A DNA stretch of 63,803 nucleotides, filler included, from Reclinomonas americana ATCC 50394 (lineage: Eukaryota), in the NCBI GenBank assembly GCA_048213135.1. It is 14 parts of 10 records of this genome, joined end to end, with 100 filler letters (N's around TTAATTAATTAA, not from the genome) between each part and the next. Parts side by side here need not be neighbours in the genome. Positions count along the whole stretch, not along the records: positions 48,196 to 59,430 come from PS015931.1; positions 59,531 to 60,855 come from PS015932.1; positions 60,956 to 62,585 come from PS015932.1; positions 62,686 to 63,803 come from AFZH01016224.1; 10 more parts are not named here. The stretch is one strand, 5' to 3'. Below are positions 53,801 to 63,803 of this stretch, piece by piece. The notes beneath the pieces are model-generated. The model did not search any database and was not told the origin of the DNA. It worked only from the letters and a program-made list of their open reading frames with translations. The stretch's first letter is position 1; each line of letters begins with the position of its first letter. A program made the position numbers and the translations under genes.

Positions 53801-56800
53801 CGGTGGCGCGCACCACAAACTCCTCCTCCAGTCGGTTGGTGATTGGGATGTCTTGCACCACGGCCTGGCGCGCCGGCACCTTGAACTCCAACTCGGCAGA
53901 GACTCCTGGCGGGTTGCACTTGCCCTCAATGTCGTACACGCGCACATCGTATTGCGATTTGGCAATGAGCTGCAGAGGGTGGTGAGACACGACACACATA
54001 ATCACGAGCGCACACGCGAAATCAGCTGTTTCGCACCTTGCCCGGATACACTCCCGGTTGCTTCGGCACAAAGTTGACAGCCAACTGCGCCATCGACGGC
54101 ACAAAGCCACCATTGCTGCCACTGCCTGCCGCATCGGCGGCCGGTGCAGCCGCAGCCGCACTTGCAGCCGCCGCTGCCGCCTTGGCAGACGACGCGCCTG
54201 GCGCAATGCTCTGCTTCTTTGCGGCGTTGCGAGCCGGCGGTGAAATGGGCTGCGCGAGAAATCGAGGTCAGCTTATCGATGCAGGCACATGCAAGTGAAA
54301 TGAGGTGGACGCACATCAAGACGCGACACGTTGGGCAGGCGAGCAGTAGGCGGAGACTGGAAGTACGGCGAATCGAACTCCAGCTTGTAGCTGATGATCT
54401 CGCCGGCGTCGACAGGCGGTACGCTCGGCGCCTTGCGTCGCACATTCATCACGCGATATCTCTCGTTGATGACATGCAACGCCTTTTCCAGTCTCTCGTT
54501 GCGCGTCGGCAATGTGAACTCGCGGTATCCGTTGCTGCCCGACTCGGCCTGCACCAAAATAATCGGATGAGCAAGGAACGACAACACTCTACAGAGATTT
54601 TGCGCTCACTCCTCCTCTCACCAGAATTCGTGGCACTGCCTCGCCATTGGCCATGGGCGACGACTGTGGCAGCGTGCCGGTGCCGTGAATGAAGAACACC
54701 ATCTGGCCCTCGTTGGTGTCGGAGAGAATGATCTTGGCGCGGTACAGGCCCATGTCGAACGGCAGGAACTGGACAGGGACCACCGCGCGCTCGCCCGGCT
54801 TGAGCGTCAGTCGCGGAGTCTTGGTCCAGAATGCCTCCGGCAGTTGGCTCTTGTCCAGCTCGTAGCGCGGCTTGGAGTCCAGGGCGGCTTGCGCCTTGGC
54901 AGCAGCTCTGCGCACAAAAATGAGAAGAAAGCAGCGCAGGCGATCATGTCTTCTTGTGTAACACGACGCACCCACGAGCACCGGTCTTGCGCGGTGGCGG
55001 TGCCGTGGGGGGAATACCGCGCTCTTGCGTAATGGTAATGTCGAGACGCAGAGGGGCGCCAAAGGTGTTTTCCACCTCCACTTCCACCATTTGCACGTCG
55101 TAGAGCGGGCCCGTGACCGTGTACTCCTTCATCGCCTGTGTTTGGAGAAGCGTGAGCTCACCTGACAGATAAGAACAACAGTGAGTGACCCCAACAAACC
55201 ACTTCGGCAGTGATGTTCGAGCGCAGCGAGAAGACCATGGTGGCGCCCTGTGAGCTACCGACTCGCCGACTGACAAACGAGAGCAGGCCTTCGGCTGGCT
55301 TGAGGAAGTGGCTCTCGCACACGACCTCAAAGGCCTCGGAAGACTGCGTGCCGCCGATTAGGTGAGGGACGACATAGGAGTCGTACGTCAGACAAGAGCA
55401 CAAACCCGCGGATTGATGCGCAGCTTGCGCTTGGGAATGAAAAAGTCGGGAGCGCCGTCCAGCCGCACCGAGTACTCGATCGGGTTGGGAGACGGATTCG
55501 ACAACTCGATTGTCTTGACGATGCGCTCGTGCAAGCAGCCCTCAAATTCGATCACCGTCTTGGGCACAAACTGCGGCAGCATCTGGTACAGGTACAGCAC
55601 AAAGAGGAGTGCGTCGCGTGACGACGCGCGCACCAAGTCCGCCTCCGACATGAGGTACTCGAATTGCAACTCCTGCGGGTGAGCAAAGAGGAGGAGTGTG
55701 AGCGATACACACGTAATCAAAGGAAGAGTGCGCACGCACGCAACTCCCATCGCAGTGACCACCAGTGTCGCATTGGACATCATCTCGTCGTAGTCCTTGC
55801 AGGCAAAGTTCAAGTTCTCAAACACGCGCGCCAGCAGCGGCACGTGCGACACAAAGAGTGCGGCAAATACGGTGCAATCGCGCAGATCCGTGTCAAAGTT
55901 GGTCACGCGGAACGGACCCGTGCGCGCCGACGTTGGCTCCGACGAGTGATCGGGAATGACGGCGACGGCAGCATTGCGCGCGGCCGCCGAAGCACCGGCT
56001 CCAGCGCCACCAGCCGCCGCGCCAGTGGCAGCCACGGTGCCATTGGCGCCACCATTCACGCTCGGCACACGATCGCCGTACACCTTGGTGAAGTGGTGCG
56101 TCATCCACGTGAGCAGCACGTTCTCCGGCACCGAGTACACGTTGGACTTGGAGAAGGCGGGCTTGTTCTGCGCCACCTCGGCGGGAATGCCCGGCATGGT
56201 GGAGAACTGTCACATAAGAGAAGGGTGAGAGCGAGCGAGACAAAGGAGTAAAGAGAGAGAGAGCATGCACACCTGGCGGAGGTTGAAGCGGTTCAGCACA
56301 AAGATCTTGACGGTTTGGTACACCAGCGTGGCCCAGGCCTCGGCCGATCGGAACACGTAGCGGCGCTCGGTCATGCGGCGCGGGTGCTGCGCGAGGGGGA
56401 GGGAGAGGGAAAGTGAGGGAAGGAAACGACCGTCTTCAAGATCAAGTGACGAACTACAGGAGGTGCAATCGACTGGGCGGCAATTTCGTCCTGAATGCTC
56501 AGGTACCGCATGTAGTCCTCAAACTTCAGCAGGTACTCGGCCGACACGTTGTTCAACAGAGCACCGAATGACTGCGGGGAAGGNNNNNNNNNNNNNNNNN
56601 NNNNNNNNNNNNNNNNNNNNNNNNNNNNNNNNNNNNNNNNNNNNNNNNNNNNNNNNNNNNNNNNNNNNNNNNNNNNNNNNNNNNNNNNNNNNNNNGAGGG
56701 AGGAGAGGGAGGAGAGGGAGGAGAGGGAGGAGAGGAGAGGAGAGGAAGGAGAGGGAGGAGAGGAGAGGGAGGAGAGGAGAGGAGAGGAGAGGAGAGGAAG

Positions 56801-59530
56801 GAGAGGGAGGAGAGGGAAGGGAGGAGAGAGATGCAATGAAGAGAAGAGGTGAGAGCAATGATGAGAGAGGAACAATGTGAGGAGAAGAAGAAGAAGAACG
56901 GGAGAGAGGACAAGACAAGCGGTGGAAGACGACGAGAAGGGAAATGGAGCACGGCGCAGAGTAAGAGAAGAACGAAAAGGGAGAAAAGGGGAGACACAGA
57001 GAAACAAAGACTTGCTAAAGAGAACGATCAGTGGCAAATCTACTCACCGCCACCAACTCGTACAAGCCACGGCCGTTGCCTGAGGTAAAGTCGGCGATAA
57101 TGTCGTGCACGGGGGACTTGGTGGCGCACGCGTTGAGGTAGTTGCGCAGGCGTGTCAAGGAGCTCTTGGAGAACACCTTGCGGCTGTGCGGCAAGACAGA
57201 ATGAGGATAAGAGAAGAACTTGCCCAACAGACGGTGAAACAAACCGTTGGCGCTCAGACTGCGCGTACGTGGAGCTGCCACTCTCGCTCGCACCAAAGCT
57301 GTGCATGCTCATGCGTCCAGAGAACGACTCATCGTCGTCGGGTTTCTGGAGCAGCAGCATCACACGATCAGCACACACACATCGTCAGTGGGGGGGAGCA
57401 CCCGTGTACCTCCAAGCGCTCGGTCAGCAAAATCGGATCGTTCGGATCGGCCGGCACCGCCAGTCGGTGCGTGGTGCGATTGCTCGTGAGGAATGGGAAA
57501 TTCGTCAGCAAGCAGTTGTCGGCCGTGCCCGTGATCGGCAGCGAGAACCGGTTGCCGTCCGTGTCGAAAAAGTCCACCATGGCAGTGAAGCTCATGGGCT
57601 TGGTCGACTTGAAGGTGACATGCACCGGCACACTCTTCTTGGCACGCGAGACCACCTGACCCTCGGGGAATTCGAGCGACAACGGCACATGCTCCGTGTC
57701 AGCCGGCAGTCGATACCGCAGTTCCAGGTTCTCGTATCCTGGATTCAGAATGCACAAAAAGATTGAGTGCGAAACGAAAGATGGTTTTCTACAAACACAC
57801 ACACACCCTCATTGATGACACAGAATGTGCCGGAGCACGGAACGCCGAGGGGCACCACCGGCAGCACCAGCTCACGGAGATCGAATGTCAGCATGGGGAA
57901 GATGCCGCGACCCTTGACCGTCAGCTCAATGTACGCCTCCTCCACGTTGCCGTCGAGGTGCAGTGGGATGAATGCCTGGTACGCACGAGTCTCGCGGGGA
58001 ATGAACGTGACCTGCGGGTGATGGATTAGAGATAAGGGAAAGACAATTGGCAAGTTGCACGAACAAAGAACACACCGACACATCGACCGACTGAGCAACG
58101 GCGAGCTGGCCACTGGCCGGGTGCACGCGGAAGAACTCGGCGTCAGCATTCTCTGAAAAGTCGCCAAACTCCCACAAAAGCGCTCTCTCGTCGTCGTTGG
58201 TGAGGGTGATGATCATGGTCGGTGGCTGGTCGGCATCACGCTGCAGCACCACACGGTTGCGGAAATCGCACTCGGTCTGCGACAGCGAGATGCGCGCATG
58301 CAGGCCCTTGGCGCGTACGCGGCGACGGAGTTGCACCACAGACGATGCAATGCCCGCCAGCGTGAGCGGCAGGTCAAAGTCGTGCTCCGATTCCTGTGCG
58401 TGCGGAAGGGTGGGGTGAGTGCATGCCAATCGAGACCGCTGCGTGAGCGAGGTGAGTACCTCGGTGGGAGCAAACGACAGGAGGCATTCCAGCTGGCGTC
58501 TGGGGGGCACCACCAAGCGGTACCGCGGTCCCTGCAGATCAGACATTGGGTCCTCGTCCTCGCTCAACTCGTCCTCCTCCTCGTCCGAATTGACCTCCAG
58601 CAAGCCCACATCGCCTTCCTCTGCAACAGAGTGTGAGGACCAGCAACGCGCACCAACACCGGCAACGAATCGCGCTCACCGTGCGAGGTGACGAGTGTGA
58701 TTGGACCATCGGCACTGTCATCAATCGCATCGCCCTCCTGCGTCAGCAACGAGTACTCCATGTAGTCGCCAAAATCAATGTACAGCGTGGCGCTGAAGGA
58801 GCTCTTGTTGGTGAACGACAGCGGCAGAGTGGCGTTGGAACCAATGTACACGGCTGTGTGGAAGATAAAAAGCCACCAGATATCAGCAACACTGCGGGAG
58901 AAGTGCCATCGTTGACAAGCAGAAAAAACGCACATCCGAAATCCAGCGGATCCTGCGCCGACTCCACTTGAGGGATCTGAGCCTCGGCACGCACCGGCAT
59001 GCGGATCGACTTGCCACCACGAATGTGGATAAAGATAAACGAATCGTAGATTTGTGGCATTGGCGGCTTGAGGGTGATGGTGAACTCTTGCGTTGACTCG
59101 ATGTTGACGCGTCCACGCACTGGTGCCACAATAATGCCCGAGATGGGCGGCTCCACCCAGAACACGGCCGGGTTCTCGCCAATGTTGCGCACCAGCACCT
59201 TTTTCTCCTTTTGCAAGCCTGCCAGTCACAAGGAAAGTGAGTGCGGGAGTCACACGCAGACAAACACACACACATACACACACACTCTCTCTCTCTCACG
59301 CACACTCACACACGCACTCTCTCTCTCTCACTCGCTCGCTCACTTACACACATGCACACATACGCGCGCGCGCACTCTATCACACACACGTACTCACACA
59401 CACTAACTCTCTCTCTCTCTCTCTCTCTCTNNNNNNNNNNNNNNNNNNNNNNNNNNNNNNNNNNNNNNNNNNNNTTAATTAATTAANNNNNNNNNNNNNN
59501 NNNNNNNNNNNNNNNNNNNNNNNNNNNNNN

Positions 59531-59577
<47 letters not shown>

Positions 59578-62009
59578 TTGGAAACAAGTGAAAGAACGAG
59601 GGTGAAGGTGGAAGAGCGACGGAGACGGCGTGCGCATATCGTGCTTGCTCACTCACCTCCGCGTACACCAGCAGCTTCATGGTGTGGTACTCGTTAATGG
59701 TGAAGAACACCGTCGTCTGGAAGTTCTCCGGCGTCTCGGCGTACAGGTGAATGTCGAACGCGGCAGTGGCACCAGCCGGAATCACCTGGCTTGGCGGGCC
59801 ACTCTGGTTCAGCTCCTGGCGACCGTCTTGGAATGGGAAGCGGGCAATGACGATCTGGCCGAGGTCATTGGAGACGTAGAAGCTCTTCACGTTGTGCGAG
59901 AAGACGCTGACGCGGCCAAAGTCGAGCACGCGGGGGCCTGCAAATGCGGGGGGAAGGGGATTGAGAAACAAGGAAAGGGAAGAGGAATAGGAGAAGAAAA
60001 TGAGAGACGTCGACTCACCAGTGACCACATTCAGCAACTGCTTCGGCGTCAACTCGAGCTTGCACTCGCGCATCTCGGTCGGCGTGTGCGGTTCGCGCTT
60101 GAACTTCTTCTTCACGATGCGGTTCTCGTCGTGCACATGTGTCTTCTTCTTCACCGACTGCGAGGCCAGCAGGCTCTCCGAGGCCAGCACGCCCGCAATC
60201 GGCTTGTCCAAGAACACCGGTGGGTACTCGTCGATGCGAATGTCGAGACGCGGACTGCGCAAGCCGCTGGCAGGCTCCATGCCCAGATCCGTGTCGTTCT
60301 CGTACTTGCTCACCAGCTCCCTCTCGCGCTGTGCGCGCACCTTTTCGGGCGACGGGCCACTGCGGATGAACGAGTTGTAGTGCTGTTCGTGCTCCTTGCG
60401 TGCGACCAGCTGCGTGAGCGCCACTTTCTCGGCCTCGGCCTCCTCCGGGGCACGCATCGATGCACTGAGAATGTCGCTGGCGGCACGCACTACATAGACA
60501 CACAGAGTCAGTCGAAGTGGAAACACAAGAAAGAAACCTCCCTCCCCTGGCAGAGGACGCAACGTGGCGACTGTCGCACAAACGGCCTCTTGGCGGTGGC
60601 GGTGGTGGTGCGGAACTGCGCTGGCTGCAAAAAATTGAGCTTGGGCTGGAAATCCTCTGGCACCTTGTCGGGTCCGCCCACGAGTTTGCGTCGCTGGCCG
60701 ACCTCCTCGCAGGTGCCGGAGACGCGCAGCGGGAGCACCACGGTGCCGTCGCAGATGCGCAGTTCCAGGGTGCCGGTGAAGCGGCCGAGCTGGGAGGGGG
60801 GAAAGGAGAAGGGTGAGGAGAAGGGGAAGGGAAGGGGAGGGAAGGGGAAGGGGAGNNNNNNNNNNNNNNNNNNNNNNNNNNNNNNNNNNNNNNNNNNNNT
60901 TAATTAATTAANNNNNNNNNNNNNNNNNNNNNNNNNNNNNNNNNNNNNNNNNNNNCGAGAAGGGGGAAGAGAGGGGGAGTGAAGGGGGAGAAGGGGAAGA
61001 GAAGGGGGAAGAGCAAGGGGGAAGTGAAGGGGAAGTGAAGAGGGGAAGACATGGAGAGAGAGGCGGCTTATAGGGAAGAGAGGGGAAAGAGACGTGAATG
61101 ACATGGCGGAAGGGAAGGAAGAAAGGGCGAGAGAGGAGAAAGAGGAAAGAGACGGGAAAGAAAGGAGTGGAGAGAAAGAGAGACAATGAAATGGAGAGGA
61201 CAACGACAACAGAGAAGGCAAGAGGCCTTTGATTGACTGGCGCGTCTCTCACAGCGGTCGACAAACCTGTGACGGCAGGAATGTTGCAATGACATTCTGG
61301 CTCTGCAGCGGCAACAGCACGCCCTTGAACGGCCGCGCGGAAAAGTGTGCAATCTTGCCGAACTCATAGTCGACATTGAGCTCGTCGCTGTCGTTCTTGA
61401 TGGTGAACATAATGTCGACGCGCTGATTCGACGACGACTCGCCAAAGCGGAACGAGTTTTGCGAGAGGCTCAGTTTTGGTCGGTGGGCCTGAGTCGAGCA
61501 TGCAATGTGTGAGAGGCACGAATACGGAAGGACACTCCCGCCGACTCACAAACCTTGCCACTGGCCTTCACCACCAGCTGCTGGTCGGTCTCCAACACCG
61601 AGAATGTGAGGTTGGTGTTGAAATCCTCCACGTCGCTGCCGGTAGTCTGGCTCTTCCAGCCGGTGCGGTTAGACGGCTTGACGGGCGGACAGAAGTGGAT
61701 CTGCACTGGGATCTGACCGTAGGCGGGAATGTTGCCCTCGTTTCTGTGACACATGAGAGAGAGAGTGAGCTCCTCCTTCTTCTCCTCCTGTAGCACCCTG
61801 CAACATGCGACGCAACGGTTCGACAACATAAATGGGTTGCGGGTCTCCAGCCGAGGCACCTGGTTCGGAGCCGCCCGTGTCGATCTCGCCCGACATCAAC
61901 TCGTCGGAAGAGGAGGTGACAGCAAACGACGCGGCCGTGGGTGAATTGTTGGCCAGGATGGCCGAAATGGTGCGGTTCTGTCCGTAGAACGCCGACGGGA
62001 AGTACAGGG
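50817..62009 (-). CDS. CFAP47: Cilia- and flagella-associated protein 47 (multiple ASH/Ig-like domains plus a CH domain), 5' partial
   Basis: Repeated ASH-type motifs (I.NP..., GEFWY.L.L). CH region YSVPENVLLTWMTHHF / VTNFDTDLRDCTVFAALF / LLFVLYLYQMLPQFVPK. Also GTADNCLLT and the C-terminal YGKPLVGNLVIDTDEMQWRYEV. Confidence 0.9.
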
Positions 62010-62329
62010 CTGTACCAATAAAGGAAAAGAGAACGCATGAGTATGATATACTCTCAGTGTTGGAAAGAGGAACACGGTGGGCAAGGAGGGACGCAAAGAG
62101 TGGAAATGAGAGCACTCTCTGGCATCTTCCGTGCTCTTGCTCCCTCTCCCAGTCTCTCACACACAGCCTCTCCGTTCTCGCACACAGTCTCCTTACCACT
62201 TCCTCGTGCCTCTCATCCGTTCTGTGCGCTCTCTTTCCCGCTCGCGCGCACACAACCTCTTGGTCTTTTTCGTCCTCCTTTCCACTCTTTCTCGCCCCTT
62301 CGATTCTGTGCTCTCCCTTACTCACTCAC

Positions 62330-62369
<40 letters not shown>

Positions 62370-62685
62370 GTTCGATCTTCCTCGCCACTCTCTTGGGCCT
62401 CGTGTTTCCTTCTGTGCTCTCTCTTTCTCGCTCTTGCCCACACAATCTCCCGGTCTTGTTCGTGCTTCTCTTGGATTTCCTGTTTCCTTCTTACACATCC
62501 TTCGTTCCACTCAGTCGTGTCTCTCGTTCTCATTCGTTTTCTCTCTCTTTCTCTCAAGTTCTCGAACACACATTCTGTCAACCTTNNNNNNNNNNNNNNN
62601 NNNNNNNNNNNNNNNNNNNNNNNNNNNNNTTAATTAATTAANNNNNNNNNNNNNNNNNNNNNNNNNNNNNNNNNNNNNNNNNNNN

Positions 62686-62728
<43 letters not shown>

Positions 62729-62778
62729 CCCCCTTCCGCCTTTCCCTCTCATCCCCCCTTCCGCCTTCCCCCCCGCAG

Positions 62779-63803
62779 AACCGCATGAACACCATGCAAG
62801 TGGTCAGCGAAACACCGGTGCAATTCGTGGAGGGCGCCGAGCGCGACGCCGTGCTGTCGACCAAGGCCATGCGCTTCTGCTCCGACCGCCTTACGTCGCT
62901 GTTGGTGACACTGGAGGAGCCCAATGTGCACGAGTATCGCGGTCTGCGCATTCTGTGTGATCTGGCGACGCTGGCGTCCACCTACAGGTATTTTCATGTG
63001 TTTGCCCATTTTTCATGCACCTTCTCCTCTTACCCCCGCCCCGCAGCGATGGCTTTGTGGTGATCCTGGAGCCGTACGACGAACGCATGCCTACGGTGCA
63101 CAATCCCGTGCTCCAGCTGGCCTGCTTGGACGCCAGCTTGGCGATGAGACCTGTGTTCAAGCGCTTCGACACGGTGGTCATTACCAGTGGCACGCTCTCG
63201 CCGATCGACATGTATCCGCGCCTGCTGCATTTCCAGCCGGTGGTGCAAGTGTCGCTGCAAATGACGCTGACGCGGCGGTGCATTTGTCCGATGATTATCA
63301 GTCGTGGAAATGATCAGACTGTTCTGAGGTGCGTTCTTATTCTTCTTCTTCAGACTCTCTCTCTCTCTCTGTGACCTTGCATCTCAAGCGGAGCGACAGG
63401 ACGAGGAGTTGTTGTGAGAGAGGGGAGGAGGGAGAGGGGTTGCTGTCTCTCACGAGGGAGAAGAGAATGAGCGGAAGGAAGCTGTCTTCTCTTCCTCAGT
63501 CATCTCCTTTCAGGAGCGATTGAGAAAGGGTGCATTTGGAAGGAGAAGAGAGTGAGCGAAGCGAACTGTCTTCTCTTTGATGAACACCCTCTCTTGTCAA
63601 ATGTTGCTGTGTTGTTCTTGTTTTGGTTGCTGTTCTTGTTGTGTGTTGTGTGTTGTTGTTGCGTTGTCTTCCTTGTTGTTTGTCGCCGTCGTCTGTTTCC
63701 CTGTTGTCTCGTTCAGCTTCCCCTTGTCTCCGCTCATCGTCGTGTTTCTTGTTTCTTCTCATTGTGTTCGTGCTTGCTCTATGCGTGCAGCTCGAAGATG
63801 GAT
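62779..63803 (+). CDS. ERCC2: TFIIH helicase XPD/Rad3, internal fragment
   Basis: MRFCSDRLTSLLVTLE, ATLASTY|SDGFVVILEPYD, ACLDASLAMRPVFKRFDTVVITSGTLSPIDMYPRLL, CICPMIISRGNDQ. Confidence 0.95.

Overview
Intron-rich, GC-rich genomic DNA from a flagellated unicellular eukaryote. It is a draft assembly whose gaps are often filled with an artificial N44-TTAATTAATTAA-N44 linker. By manual splicing I can support about 18 protein-coding genes or fragments: a coiled-coil/GAS2-like protein, a TPR-pseudokinase-RING protein, a TPR+SET (SMYD-like) protein, a CFAP46 5' fragment, a VIT/vWA protein, five tandem signal-anchored FkbM-family methyltransferases, ChaC, a multi-TM/3xPAS/class III cyclase, Elp1, CFAP47, an XPD fragment and three hypotheticals. 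I saw no rRNA, tRNA, CRISPR array or recognisable mobile element. The most unusual signals concern splicing. A 5' splice-site class GTTGCG(T), i.e. GTGCGT with one extra base, is needed to keep frame in more than 20 introns. There are also obligatory 4-16 nt microexons and GC-AG introns. Other oddities are 30-65 nt spacers between co-oriented genes, a catalytically degenerate IRAK-like kinase fused to a RING, and a cyclase domain lacking both metal-binding aspartates. All gene models are hand-derived without transcript evidence.
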